This document shows, piece by piece, positions 22,074 through 35,000 of a stretch of DNA of 57,821 bases. The stretch is from NCBI GenBank assembly GCA_032718475.1, contig JAUCBJ010002232.1:1-57821 (forward strand), in the 5' to 3' direction. The notes under the pieces are model-generated. The model did no database searches and was not told the DNA's origin. It saw only the letters and a program-made list of their open reading frames with translations. Source of the stretch: Nemertoderma westbladi (lineage: Eukaryota; Animalia; Xenacoelomorpha). The first letter of the stretch is position 1, and every line of letters starts with the position of its first letter. Made by a program: the position numbers and the translations under genes.

Positions 22074-25000
22074 CTAAGCTGGGGAGTCCCTAGATGTTTG
22101 TTGGATTAGGGAGGTGGTCGTGGGAAGAGTATCTTGTCTTCCATAGTTTCCGGAGAGTTCTCTGTCTCTTTCCAGTAAATATAAACGACCAACTGGGCGA
22201 TTGAGCTGCTGTGTCTCGAAGACAATTCCCGGTTTCTTGAAGTTACGTCGCATGACGACGAGTTCTACCGATTGCACCAAACCGTCATCCGAGATGTGAG
22301 TCTCGATGATACGACCTGTCTGCCACCGCTTACGTGGAAGATCTGAATCCACAATAAGGACCATGTCTCCAGCGCTGACGTTTTCTTGCTGCGCAAACCA
22401 CTTAGTTCGAAGTTGTAGCGTGGGCAGATAATGTTTTTCGAAATGGTCAGCGAAACTACGGGATAACAACTGCATAAGTTGCCAAGTTTGCCGGCAGTAT
22501 TCGTCTCCGTCTGTGATTTCCGATTGTGGGAGCATGGCTACAGGTTTCTTCAGTAGGAAGTGCGCGGGTGTTAGCGCTTCCAGGGAATCAGGACTCGATG
22601 AGACTGGCATAAGCGGTCTCTCGTTGAGATAGGCGGCGATTTCCTCCATTAACGTCTGCAAAAGTTCGTCGGTGAGATACGCGCGGCACGGCACTATAAA
22701 GTGAAATGCGGTCTTCACGCTCCTGATTAATCTCTCCCAACTTCCTCCCCACCAAGGGGCGTCGGCGGCGTTGAAGGTCCAGCTAGACGCTGTTACCCTT
22801 AGCTGATCGTCCACCTGTCTTTGGTTCCAATCTTTGACGTAAGCTTTGATTTCATTGTTGGCACCAATGAAGTTCGTTCCCTTATCAGATCTCATCGTGT
22901 TACTAGTTCCAAAGCGAGCGATCTGTCATCGTAAGCTTAATAGGAAGCTGTTGGTAGATAAATCATTCACCATATCGAGATGGATAGCTCTACAAGTCAT
23001 ACAAACAAAGATGACACACCATCTCTTGACTATAGTCCTAGCATGATATACTTCAATAGGGCCAAATAAATCTACACCGGTATTAGTAAAGGGTGGTTCA
23101 TAGAAGCTTACTCGTTCCCTAGGTAATTCTGCCTCTCGCTGTGTTAAAGGCCTACTGAATGCTTTCCTACAGGGTATGCAGTTCCTAAGAACTTGGTTCA
23201 GAGCTCTACGGGGTTTATAAAAATAATAGCGAGTTCGAATTTCGCTAAGAACTCGTTCTCTACCAGCATGATAAAGTTTGCTGTGAACATCTACAATCAT
23301 CTTGACTTGTATCTCAAGATTTCTAATGAGTATGGGAAACTTAGTGTCAAAGGATAATGGAGCATTCGTTAATCTTCCTCCAACACGTATCAACACATCT
23401 ATCATTGTGCTAGAGAAACGATCCCTTAAGCGCATCTGTGGATTTCTCAACAACAGGAAATACTTATCAGAATCCTCATAGCATTGCAGGAGTCTCAGCA
23501 TCTGCTTGTTGGTTTCTTCATGCTCCTGATAACTGATCTTCTCCTTCAGAAACCTGTCGGATATCTTATATTTGGGAAGATCTTTAACAACATGGACCTG
23601 CACAGATGTCAGTGGAGCGGTATCACTATTGGTCTTCGTCCCGGAGTAGTGATGATGAAAACATCGTCTTAAATATGTAACGGCCTTACAGAGCCGATTC
23701 CAGGAACTGTAGTGATGTATCGCTCTCTGCAGGAGAGGTGAGAGTCCTTGCGAGACGTCTGGTATTCCAGATTTCCAATCCCTCTCTCTGATTTCCACAA
23801 CAGACTTATTTGTGGCTGTGGGTTTCAGATCCAAAGCGTCGTCTCCGGAAGTGTGTAGTACAGACAGATCTACCATAGGTTTAAATAACTTCGATTTACT
23901 CGCCCGAGTTTTAGGTTTGACTTTCTCCGCTCCCTTGGCCTGTCTAATCTCTGCCGTAGTAAGATGAGGAGGCCATTCTTCTTCTTCTTTGTAGAGGAAG
24001 TCGGGTCCACCTAACCAGTCTGGAGTATCTATCAGTTCTTGTGGAGTTGCTCCCCTGGAGGCGATGTCTGCTGGATTAATCGTTCCGGGGCAATGTCTCC
24101 ATTGATCCATCTTCGTGCGACTAAGTATAATGGCTACTCTGTTGGTAACGAAGACACTGAACTGACAGACTTCATTGGTTATATACTCCAACACGAGTAA
24201 AGCATCGGTCCAATAGACAGTTTTCTCCAATGGATAATCGATCTGTTCTGTTACATTCCGGCCGATGGCTGTAGCGTATAGAGCCGCCTTTAACTCCGCT
24301 CGAGGAACTTTCAACTTGTTGTTCATATGAACGGGAAATTATAAAGTTCTCGATGGTTGGTAGAGAATCTTCCCATTTCATCCACTTCTTGAATAATTCT
24401 CCCTTGAGTGGATCGTCCCATGAGTGGTTTTCAAGCCACATTTGTTGTACTAAACTCCGAGCAATCAATATAACTGGGCTAATAAATCCCAATGGATCGA
24501 AATAAGTGCTCAGGATACTTAAACAAATCCTTTTAGTCCGAACTGGATTATCTCGCTGTTTTAGCTGGAAAAACAGGATATCTCTCTCTGTGTCCCATTT
24601 CAAACCAAGTGTCTTGGTTTCTGGAAGATCATCTTTGATTAGGTCTAGGTCTTTCGCTCCTCGATCTTCTACCGAGATCGATTCCAGAAACTCACGAGAG
24701 TTGCTGGTGAATTTAGTTAATCGAGATCCACCTCTTTTTAAGCACTCTACCGTTCCTTTGGCGACATCAATGGCTTCTTCGACTGATGGAAGGGACTTTA
24801 AATTGTCGTCCATGTATATATCCCGTTTGATGTTGTCGATCACCTCTTTAGAGAAGGCTTCCCGGTTGTCATCAGCAGTGGTGCGCACCACTGAACAGGC
24901 GTTTGAAGGGTTCGAGATTATCCCAAAAGCCTGGATGGTCATCCAATATTCCACCGGTTTCTGGTTGAGGTCTCCTTCAGGCCACCACAGAAATCGTAGG

Positions 25001-26338
25001 CTATCTCGATCCCTATCCAGCGCCTTGACTTGTAAGAACATGCCCTCTATATCGGAGGCGAAAGCGATTGAATATTGTCGTAATCTTAAGAGTATTCCCA
25101 ACAAGGATTGGAGTAAGTTGGGTCCTGGTAACAACTCGGAATTAAGGGATTGGCCCATGTAAAGGGCGGAGCCGTCAAACACTACTCGTACCTCATGAGG
25201 TTTACCGGGTTTGGGAACGTAATGATGTGTTAAATAATATGTTCTCTCAGTTATAGGTGTTCCTTCTGGCACTCGCTCCGCATATCCTTTGTTAATAAAT
25301 TTCTTCAACTGCGTCTGATACATTTCTTTAGCTGAAGAATTTGCCGTAAGACGTCGATGTAGTTGAGCAATTCTTTTCTCCGCCAAGGATCTGTTGTTTA
25401 TGAACTTTGGTTCTCGCTTTCGGAAAGGTAGACCGATTTCAAATCTACCTTGATCTTTAAGAAAACGTGTAGTTGTCTCTTGGATCTGCTTGGCTCTTTC
25501 TTCTTCTACCGATAGGGCCTTATCGTAGGAATTGGGCTCTACAGCCTCTTGAGTAAAGAATCGTACGGTGTGTTCATCCCGAGTTTTTGCATTATAACGT
25601 TCAATGACGTCATTCAGTTCGTCGTTATAGTCGACTCGTTCTGATGGACGAATGAGCTGACATAGGTTCACTTGGTTTTGGCAAGTCTCGTTTTCCATAA
25701 GGAGATCAATGGTATTCTCCTCGTCGAAGAGTTGGTGGATATCATCGTTATCTGAGGAGTATGGTGTTCCCTCAGTTGGATCGTCTAACTCACTGCTCTC
25801 CACTTCCCATTCTCTTACTTGATATACCTGATCTTTTGGTAATCTTTCCATGAGAGTTCTACGGGAAGGGCCAGTAAAGTGCCAACCCACTCTAGTTCTT
25901 CCCGCATAGGCTTGTAGTGGTTGCGGTTGAGCAGGCCGTTTCTCCAATGTCTCGAGCGCCTCATGCGCATTTTGACCGATGAGTATTTGCACTCCAGGGT
26001 AATCGGTGTTGAATCTAGGTATATCAAGTTGCTGGGTGAAATTGTCCTCATCCCAGTTATAAGGTTCTACTTGGCTGGTAGCGAAGTTCTTTATCGCCAC
26101 CATTTTTACTGACCTTATGCTGTGTTCTCCTAGTTCATCCTGGGGGGTGGACAACGCACCTACATAATAATCCGCTATTACTGTAGATTTCCAAACCTGC
26201 ATAATTCCTGACATGTTTATCTTAGTTCGGAACTTGGGTTGTCCAGCAAAGATGTCTTCGGCTAGTTCTTTGTCGATGAATGTTCCTGTGCTACCGGAGT
26301 CAAGGAGGGCGTTCACTATATAACTCCTTGTAGGTCCT
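22074..26338 (-). pseudogene. pol: BEL/Pao pol (protease, RT, RNase H, integrase), disrupted
   Basis: ALLDSGS (PR); VRVVFDGS, DIEGMFLQV, YMDD (RT); VPRAEL, YWTD, WRHCPGTINPADIASRG (RH); H..C..C zinc finger, GVDLFGP, RSDKGTNF, PWWGGSWERLIRSVK (IN). Frameshift/deletion near 24327 and an in-frame stop at 22926. Confidence 0.96.
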
Positions 26339-26491
26339 GGTAAGATTATGCTGTATGAGTGGGTGGGTGTGTGATTGCAGTATGGTGTACTAAAACCTAA
26401 GTAGGCTAAAAGCACTACTGCACTACCGGTATTCATCTATCTGCTATCTGGAATGGAATGAAGTCTCAGCAGAATATGTTGGTTAGCATCA

Positions 26492-27715
26492 ATGGCAAAG
26501 AAAAGGAAGCGCGCGAAACAAACTAAATCGCCACTTTCGCCAAATGAAATCGGAATTCTGGGGTTGGCTAACGCAAACCCACAACTCCTACCTGTAGGCC
26601 TATCTAATAAAACACCATATCGGGAAGCGAAACGGATAAATCGCAGGGTGGAGATAGATCTGGACGATTCGACAGCTGGTACCGGTAGGCCTACCCCTGC
26701 CCTTACAGACACACCGACCCTTACTGCCCCCCTTGATCTCGCACACGCTCGAACCAATAGTCAAACCTTAGGCCTATCGAGCACCGCCGGTGGTACCAGT
26801 AACTCTGACTCTACTTCTGCTGCCACTATGGATCAGCAAGCAATGGTACAGCAAATAGCTTCCCTCGTAGTCACTGAAGTAACGAGGAATCTGTCCGAGT
26901 ATATCAACTCTGTAAACTCTGGAGCGGTAACCTGCGCGGTTGCTTCTCAAAACAGCGTGGAAATCGAAGACGTTAAGGATCATGGTGATCGCGTCGAACA
27001 GTTTCACCTACTAACCATGGTTGAAGTGCGCGGTCAATCTGTCAACTCACTTTTAAAGATGAAAGGCGACCGGTATGGCTTCGTGAGGAGTCTAGCGACA
27101 TTCCTAGGATGTGCAAAATCTACAACAGATGACATTTCACGTGTGTTCACCCCAAATTACCGTGGTTCAATAGTGGTTGTATTTACGAAGTACGTATCGC
27201 GCTATGACTTTATAACAAGAAAGAGAAAACTCCACCAACCGAAGGCATCTGTCACCGCAGACGATATATTCACGAATAAGACTTTCATATCAGAATGTCT
27301 TACGGAAAAGCGAAAAGCGATCTTTCGTTACGCTACGAAGAAAGTAAAATCCTTGAATCTCAAGCAAACATGGACCATTGATGGGCGAATCTGGATTACA
27401 AATAAATCCGGGAACAAACGTTGTGTAACCACCGTAGATGAGATTGACAAATATATCACTGCTGAATCTATCACTAGCGTGGATCCAGTGGACATAGGTC
27501 GATCGAAGACTACGCCTACTGTAACCAACACCCCGAGCAACACTGAAATTCAGCCACCGTCTGAATTTACCCCGGTACGAGGGTCAAAACGAGATGGTAC
27601 GGTACTCGCCCCTCGCCGTTTGGCTGTTTCGCCGTCTAACAACGTCGGCAGTCCAGATTACTCAAATATTTACAACAATCTGAGTGATGAGGATAGTAGG
27701 GGTGTTAACATATAA
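26492..27715 (+). CDS. LINE ORF1 (RRM-like plus C-terminal domain)
   Basis: 407 aa. SIVVVFTKY...FISECLTEKRKAIF...QTWTIDGRIWI is typical of the CR1/L2-group ORF1 C-terminus. Confidence 0.85.
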   Translation: MAKKRKRAKQTKSPLSPNEIGILGLANANPQLLPVGLSNKTPYREAKRINRRVEIDLDDSTAGTGRPTPALTDTPTLTAPLDLAHARTNSQTLGLSSTAGGTSNSDSTSAATMDQQAMVQQIASLVVTEVTRNLSEYINSVNSGAVTCAVASQNSVEIEDVKDHGDRVEQFHLLTMVEVRGQSVNSLLKMKGDRYGFVRSLATFLGCAKSTTDDISRVFTPNYRGSIVVVFTKYVSRYDFITRKRKLHQPKASVTADDIFTNKTFISECLTEKRKAIFRYATKKVKSLNLKQTWTIDGRIWITNKSGNKRCVTTVDEIDKYITAESITSVDPVDIGRSKTTPTVTNTPSNTEIQPPSEFTPVRGSKRDGTVLAPRRLAVSPSNNVGSPDYSNIYNNLSDEDSRGVNI

Positions 27716-28252
27716 GTAGAGGTTTGGGTTGAGAATCAATAAGCAATAACTAATATGATTATTTCATGTATCAATATGAGTTGGTATACCGGTAATTAGA
27801 AACATATAGTCTATTCCTTGAAAATTTTTTTTAGTAATTTTCTTTTTTTTTCTCCTGTGCTTGCAAGTTTCAATCCATAAATATATACTATATATATATA
27901 TATATATACTTAAAAAATATATATTACCGGTGCCAGTATATAATTGTCAAGCTCACTGACTATACCATATACCATGTTATTACCTATACTGAAACTGAAT
28001 TGTATTTTTGACAGTGGCTATAGATTAAGTTCTATACTAACTCACCGGTACCACCGATCGCGCTTAAAATCAATCAATCATAAGACTAAGACTTTTTTTT
28101 GGTTTTTTTTTTGTTATTGCTACCGTTGTATTATATTTTTTTTTCTTATTGTTTGATTTTGTTAACCATTACTCACTATCTAGACGCAGATTGTAACTTT
28201 TAATATTTAATTTTAAACCGTATGCCTATCGTACTTGAACCGGTAGTGTAGA

Positions 28253-31200
28253 ATGCGCAGCGCCTTTATGGATTTATACAGACAAATTGCTACAAATACA
28301 GTGTCATCTTTATGTTCATGCCGTCTATGCTATTCTGGCTTTGAAAATACTGACCTAACTTTGTCTTGCCCTTTTTGTAAAAATAATTTCCACCTACAGT
28401 GCGGTACATGTATCACCTCCGAAGAATACACAAAAATATTTGAATCAAATAGTTATGGGGGTATATTTTGTGTATTTTGTTATAATGAAACGTTTCCATT
28501 TACATATATATCAACGGATGACTGTGATATTTTTGACTCTGAAACGAATTACGAACTATCTAACTTGAATGATTACAGTGCTCACACTAACTCAATTGAT
28601 CCCGATATTAATCTTCAAAATTGCGCATGCTTTTGTGAATACTTTTCAGCTGACACATATAATGCTGAGATTGCTGCTCTAAAGTCAGTACCCACTTTAT
28701 CTGCTTTCCACCTCAATTGCAGAAGCTTAAAAAAAAATCTTCCAGATATCATAGATTTCTTAAGTACACTAAACCGGGATTTTGATACTTTAAGTTTTAC
28801 AGAAACACTGGTTGGGAAACATGATAGCCATGAGAAACTTAATATTGAAGGATATAACGGCCCGTTTCTAAGTGAAAGACCTGAGGGTCGTACGGGTGGG
28901 GCGGGCTGGGGAATTGGGATTTATATTAAAAACGACCTTGTTTTTTCAGAACGTGAAGACTTAGTTGTCCCTGGTTTTGAAAATATGTGGTACCAAATAA
29001 AAAAACCTAATAATAAAAACGTAATAATAGGGACAGTATATCGCCCGCCGTCACTGCCGTACAATAAATTCCACGACTTACTTGAGCCGGTATTAGCTAT
29101 GTTATCTTCACTTCATTGTGATGTAGTTATTACGGGGGATTTTAACGTTAATGTAAAGAAAAATACATCAGAAACCAGACAGTACCAACAACTAGTGCAT
29201 TCCTATGGGTTTTCTCAACTCATTAAACAAGCGACCCGAATTGTTTTTGGTGCAGATTCAATACTGGATCATATTTTAACAAATATATGTACCTCCATAA
29301 ATACGTCCGGGGTATTTTTGGCTGAGTTGGGGACGACTGACCACTTAGCCACCTTTGTCAATTTTCATAATTATTCCGTCTTTTTTGAAGATCCACTTAC
29401 TAGACTCTCGTATGACTACTCAAATTTTAAAAAGGCAGACTTTATAGCAGATTTCTTATCTCCATCGTTTTCATCTTACATGTCTCAGCATGTGCCATCT
29501 AAAATAAAATTTGACACTTTTTATAACGATTTTGAAGGGTTATGCAACAAACATTTACCAAAGAAAATAATACATAAAAAGAATTTGCCAAAAAAACCAT
29601 GGCTAAATGAAAAGTTACTTAAGTGCATTGTGAAAAAAAACAAATTATATATTAAACAATTAAAAAAACCGTCCAATGAAAATGTTTCACAATACAAACG
29701 GTATAAAAATGTGCTAACCTCGACCTTGCGGGCAGCTGAGAAATCATACTTTTCCTTGCAATTTGATAACGCTAAGGGAAATATGGCGAAGACATGGAAG
29801 GTAATTAACTCTGCTATGAATAAGGGAAAAAAAACTTCGGCCCCATTGAAAATTAATTACCAGACAAGAGACGGGTTTAAAACCACAGTAAATACATCAG
29901 AGACAGCAGCGCAACTAAATTCCCACTTCTCTTCCATTGGATCTAAACTGGCGAATCTAATACCCCGCTCAAATCGCAACCCCACTAGACATATGAAATC
30001 TCGAGTAAATTCTTTTTGCCTCATTGAAACATCTGTAGCTGAAACGCACTACAACCTCCTTCAACTAAATCCCAATACTTCAACAAACGATTCATTCCCG
30101 GTCGCGCTTATTAAGTTGGTTGCGGAGCCATTAGCGCGTCACTTAACGTACTTAATAAACTTAGCTGTTACTACAGGTGAATTCCCTGCTAGTTTGAAGA
30201 GGTCTAAGGTTATTGCTAGCTACAAAGGGGGTGATCCTCTTGATGCCAATAACTACCGGCCCATATCCATTTTGCCTGTGTTCACAAAATTGTACGAAAA
30301 AATAATCTACGACCAGCTTATTTCTTACCTGGATCACTTTTCAATTCTCACCAAATGCCAGTTTGGATTTCGAAAGAAAGTTTCAACTTACTGCGCTATT
30401 TTAACTGTGACTGAGAAAATTCGTACTTTTCTTGATTCGAAAGAAACCAGCTGCGCAATATACATTGACCTGAAAAAGGCGTTTGATACGCTGGACCACA
30501 ATATATTAATTAAAAAACTCGAAAATTATGGTATTCGTGGAACTCCTAATGCGTTAATAAAAAGCTTTCTAACTGAACGTAAGCAGGTCGTAGTGATAAA
30601 TGATACAATTTCTGACCCACTATCTTTAAAATGTGGTACTGTACAAGGATCGGTGTTATCTCCGTTATTATTTTTACTATATATAAATGACCTGCCGTTA
30701 GTATCCAAATTTATGACAACCCTTTTTGCAGATGACACCACCTTGCTGCATAACGATTCCAATATTGAATTATTAATTGAATCTTCAAATAGTGAACTCA
30801 AAAAAATATATGAATGGCTGGCCGACAATCGACTGTCTCTGAACTTAAAAAAAACCGAGTACTCAATTTTTACGAACAAAAATTATCTCCTAGATGGCCT
30901 ACCCAAAGTTAAAATTAAAGACAATATTATAAAGAAAGTAGAGTGTACCAAGTTTTTAGGTGTCTGGATAGATGATAAGCTTAACTGGAAAATACACATT
31001 GGGCATATTTTAAAGAAAATTAGTAAAAGCACTGGGATATTTTATAAATTACGACATATTTTTCCGACAGACATACTTCGTACACTTTACTTCACACTGA
31101 TCCATCCATACTTAACATATGGTATTTTGGCTTGGGGTTCGGCATGTAAGAGCGATTTAATGAAAATTAAAACCAAAACTAATAAAATTATCCGTGCTAT

Positions 31201-31555
31201 CACTTTTAGCCATTTCTGCCAAACAGCTTATCCCCTATATAAAACAATGAATATACTACCTTTGGAGTCACTATATGTCTATCATGTTTCCCAACTAATG
31301 CTAGACATATCACATAACCCCTCACACTCTCTCTCGCACGTTTTTACAAAATGTTCTGCCATGCACCGATATAGTACCCGTGCGGCTTTGACAGGAAAAT
31401 ATGTTATTCCTCTAACCCGTTTAGAAGTAGCTCATAAATCGATCGGAGTAACAGGACCGACTATCTGGAATGATCTCCCAACTGACATTAGAGCAATAAA
31501 ATCAAAAGCCATATTTTTAAAGCACCTTAAGAAATATTTACTCGATAAACTCTGA
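28253..31555 (+). CDS. LINE ORF2: PHD-like finger, AP endonuclease and reverse transcriptase, intact
   Basis: 1100 aa. CRLC..CPFC..HLQC..CVFC; HLNCRSL, TET, VYRPP, GDFN, LDHI, TDH; NYRPISIL, QFGFRK, DLKKAFDT, QGSVL, FADD, KFLGV. Confidence 0.97.
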   Translation: MRSAFMDLYRQIATNTVSSLCSCRLCYSGFENTDLTLSCPFCKNNFHLQCGTCITSEEYTKIFESNSYGGIFCVFCYNETFPFTYISTDDCDIFDSETNYELSNLNDYSAHTNSIDPDINLQNCACFCEYFSADTYNAEIAALKSVPTLSAFHLNCRSLKKNLPDIIDFLSTLNRDFDTLSFTETLVGKHDSHEKLNIEGYNGPFLSERPEGRTGGAGWGIGIYIKNDLVFSEREDLVVPGFENMWYQIKKPNNKNVIIGTVYRPPSLPYNKFHDLLEPVLAMLSSLHCDVVITGDFNVNVKKNTSETRQYQQLVHSYGFSQLIKQATRIVFGADSILDHILTNICTSINTSGVFLAELGTTDHLATFVNFHNYSVFFEDPLTRLSYDYSNFKKADFIADFLSPSFSSYMSQHVPSKIKFDTFYNDFEGLCNKHLPKKIIHKKNLPKKPWLNEKLLKCIVKKNKLYIKQLKKPSNENVSQYKRYKNVLTSTLRAAEKSYFSLQFDNAKGNMAKTWKVINSAMNKGKKTSAPLKINYQTRDGFKTTVNTSETAAQLNSHFSSIGSKLANLIPRSNRNPTRHMKSRVNSFCLIETSVAETHYNLLQLNPNTSTNDSFPVALIKLVAEPLARHLTYLINLAVTTGEFPASLKRSKVIASYKGGDPLDANNYRPISILPVFTKLYEKIIYDQLISYLDHFSILTKCQFGFRKKVSTYCAILTVTEKIRTFLDSKETSCAIYIDLKKAFDTLDHNILIKKLENYGIRGTPNALIKSFLTERKQVVVINDTISDPLSLKCGTVQGSVLSPLLFLLYINDLPLVSKFMTTLFADDTTLLHNDSNIELLIESSNSELKKIYEWLADNRLSLNLKKTEYSIFTNKNYLLDGLPKVKIKDNIIKKVECTKFLGVWIDDKLNWKIHIGHILKKISKSTGIFYKLRHIFPTDILRTLYFTLIHPYLTYGILAWGSACKSDLMKIKTKTNKIIRAITFSHFCQTAYPLYKTMNILPLESLYVYHVSQLMLDISHNPSHSLSHVFTKCSAMHRYSTRAALTGKYVIPLTRLEVAHKSIGVTGPTIWNDLPTDIRAIKSKAIFLKHLKKYLLDKL

Positions 31556-32079
31556 TTAAGTTTTTTTGCTTATGAATCACTCAAGTTAATACATGTAGTA
31601 ACTACAAATCTATTTTATTAAACAAATACAGCACTCCCATATCTGTTTACTTTCATTAACCAGGTGAAAATTATTAAGCTTTAACAAATGTATATGAATA
31701 TATAAATTACTCTAGATACAAATTATATTCTACAATAAAAACTACTAAAAAGCCAGAGTATTACGCATATATGGTAAATTTTCATAATATATTCTTAACT
31801 TATATGTCTTAACTGTGCAATTTATTTCTTTGTGATACACTTTGCCCTCTTTGTACAACAGATGACCTTGACTAGCATTACGCTACTGCCAGCTGTTGTA
31901 CGACAATTTATTTAGCGTAAAGGTGCAGCGCAACCAAACATATGTATGTAGTAGGCCTACAAACGTAGTGTATAAGTATAATATGAAAGCTCTGTTTTGG
32001 TGGTGGCTGCATGTTTATGCCGTTATATGTATTAAATCTTATATTATAATAAATTGAATTGAATTGAATTGAATTGAAT

Positions 32080-35000
32080 TGGACCCTTAACTGTACTACA
32101 GGAAATTCTCGGATTCCTACATTGGAAGTTGGTGCTTTCCAAGATGGTTGTCGGTCAGAAGTAGTTAGGGTGAGGTCGCTGTCTGTGTCTTTTTCATATG
32201 TAAGTGCTCGATACACTGTGGTATTTATCATGTAACAGGATTCATCTTCGTCGGAGAATTCATCCGTATAGAATCCTTCCATCTCAGAACTTTGGTCAGT
32301 GTCGTTCACATCACTGAATTGGACATGTAGTTCGGAATCACTTACCTGACTCGGGCTGTTTCGTTCGAATTCAGTGTGCAACAAGAGATGATGTTTTGCG
32401 CCGCACTTCGCACACCTTGCGTCGGAGTAACAGGTTCGCCGTTGGTGTCCTTGTCTGAGGCAATTATAACACAACCGCTTATCCCACATGACTTCCCGTC
32501 TATCCTTTAATGATTTCTTTAGGAATTCATCGCACACATTCAAACGGTGGGGCCCGTCACACAGCGCGCATTTCGGTTTGATGTTACTTACCTTATTTTG
32601 AGTAACGTTGTGCACACTCGTTCTTTCTTCGGGCTTTCTTACCTGAATTCTCTTAGGAGACGTAGGAGGAGTTTTTCTTACCTGTTCTCTCCTGTCATTG
32701 GTTGGAGACTTGAATTTACTTACGTATTTAGGCGTTTTGTTGACATAATAAGATCTTTCAGTGTCTTTCCCGCTGTCCTCTCCTTGAGAAGCCTGGCTTT
32801 CGCCGTCGTCGGTATAACACACTGGTGTTACCTTTCTCCTAGAAACGGGTTTCTCACTTACCTTGTTTTCCGGTGTCTTCTCTCTGGACTGCTTTAGGAG
32901 TTGTAATTTCACTTCTCCCTCCAAGAATGACATGAGATCAGCCATGGTAGGGTCTCGTCGTTGTTGTTCCATCATATATAACACTTTCTTATCCCAGCGT
33001 GTACCTACTCCACCCTTCGGTAAAGTAGAGGCCACGGCTCCAATAACCATAGAACTCTGATATTCCTGAGACTTACCTAGCCAATCTAATTGTCTACAGA
33101 TCTCTTGAATCTCATCGGAAAACTCTATAATCCCGCTGCTAATGAACTTTCGGGGGGCTACCAATTTTGCATACAAATACCTAGCTATGTTATTCCTATT
33201 ACCATACCTGATGTTTAGTGTATCCCAAACTTGTCTTAATCCATCTGGATGTCCAATAAACTTTAACGCCATTAACTTGGGAGATCCTTCCAAGCACTCG
33301 ATGAGGAATCTAAGTTTCTCTCCATTGGATAGCACGGAGTTCTGTATGTTATCTTTGTAATATTCATTAAAAGGTAACCATTTCATCTCATCTCCATTGA
33401 ACTTGACGATCTCTCCCACCTTTACCGCTTGACGGGCTTCGGTTCTAGCCATTTGACGCGTAAAACTTTCTTGGGCCATCGTGTTATTTAATATCGAGTT
33501 ATCGGTATATAAATTTCTCGGATTATTATCAAGTCTATATGGAATATCATTGTCAACAGGTTTATATTTACCCTTAATAGGGTTTACTATAGGAGTTTCC
33601 ACTTCACTAGCAGTATAGATGCGTGTAGGCTCCACACCTTGCGCATGAAATACTTCAGACCTAACAGGTTGACACATTGTTACAGGGGGTGGTGGTATAC
33701 CCTTTTGGAGATTTACTAGTTTGTCGCGTTCTAACGCGATACTTTGCTGCACTTCTTGCAACTCCAACCTACCCTCTCTAATTGTTCCCTTTAACTGCTG
33801 CACAGTCTCCCCCATCTCCTGGACCTGCTGAGAGGAGCAAGAACGGTGTTCCCTCAGCTGCCCGAGCAGGAGACCCATCTCCCGTCGTCCCTCATCTACT
33901 CACTCGACCGCCGAAGCGGGAGGCGCCAACGTTGTAGCGGGTGGACGAGGGACAACGGGCGACAAATCATTAATATTTCGCTTGGAGTCCAGGACATGAA
34001 CATTTTCTGGGGCGGTTCTATGGAGCACAGGTAGCTTAGTGCTGTGCAGAGGGAATTTAGAGGTAGTTTCAGGGAGTACAGGTGTCTCTATCACCGAAGG
34101 GGTGGCTTCGAGAACAGGCCTAATTATTTCAGGCTCATCTACTATAGTAGGGAGTCTTTCTATTTTAATTATTTGGTCTGTGGGTTCTGTACTACCTAAG
34201 TCTGTGTTAGTTAGTTGCCTTCTAACAGCTGGGGGCAAATCAGGCAATTTCTGACGGTGGGACATTCTTCTACGCTTACTTAGACGAGATCTATTTCCTC
34301 CACCTTCAGGATCGGTGGTATCGCCTTCATCAGATGATGTAAATCCCTGCCTTTTGGGAGTAGATCGATTCATCATCTGCATATTACTAGCTGTTAACTG
34401 TTTATTTATGCAGTCTTGATTCTCTTGAATATTTTCCAACTCTAGTTGGGCGATCTCTTCAGACGCTCTCCGTTCTGCTTCTGCCACTGCTTTTCTTTCT
34501 GTTTCTGCCGCTTTTCTATCCGCTTCTGCCGCTGCCACTGCCGCTTTTCTATCCGCTTCTGCCGCTGCCACTGCCGCTTTTCTTTCCTCTTCTGCCGCTG
34601 CCACTGCTGCTGCCACTGCCGCTGTCTTTCTGTCTTCTATACGTTTTTTCTTTACTTGTTCTTCCTGGACTCTAGCGATGCGGAGGCGTTCATCAAATTT
34701 AGCTTGGTTTGCAGCATCATATCCGCATCGATTGCGTCCAACACAAGCTTGGCTCCTTCACTATTAGGGCTAAGTCCATCTAGCCTTCTCCTCAACTCTT
34801 CATCTCCTACAAAACATTGATAGTCCGACAGATAGATGTCAATAGCATCCCTCTTATGCAGTTTCTCTGCCGTCGCTTCACTTTCCACTTGGGAAATGTA
34901 GCATCTGTTGATTCTCCATGGGTTGAGCGCTCAGCCAGCTGAGATTTCCACTGGGCAGTTCCTTGAACCTGGAGACTCAACCGCTGGAACCAAGTCTTTA

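Larger units (their letters stand above)
26339..32079 (+). mobile_element. Full-length CR1/L2-group (Crack-like) LINE nested in the BEL gag-pol
   Basis: ORF1, ORF2, 3' UTR and an AATAAA(TTGAA)n tail. Removing it restores the in-frame BEL sequence LRVQ-GPTRSYIVNALLDSGS. Confidence 0.95.

Noticed and set aside
26339-26436. N-terminus of ORF 24172-26436 (and C-terminus of ORF 31908-33878) as BEL protein
   Set aside because: These ends are read-through into the antisense strand of the nested LINE.
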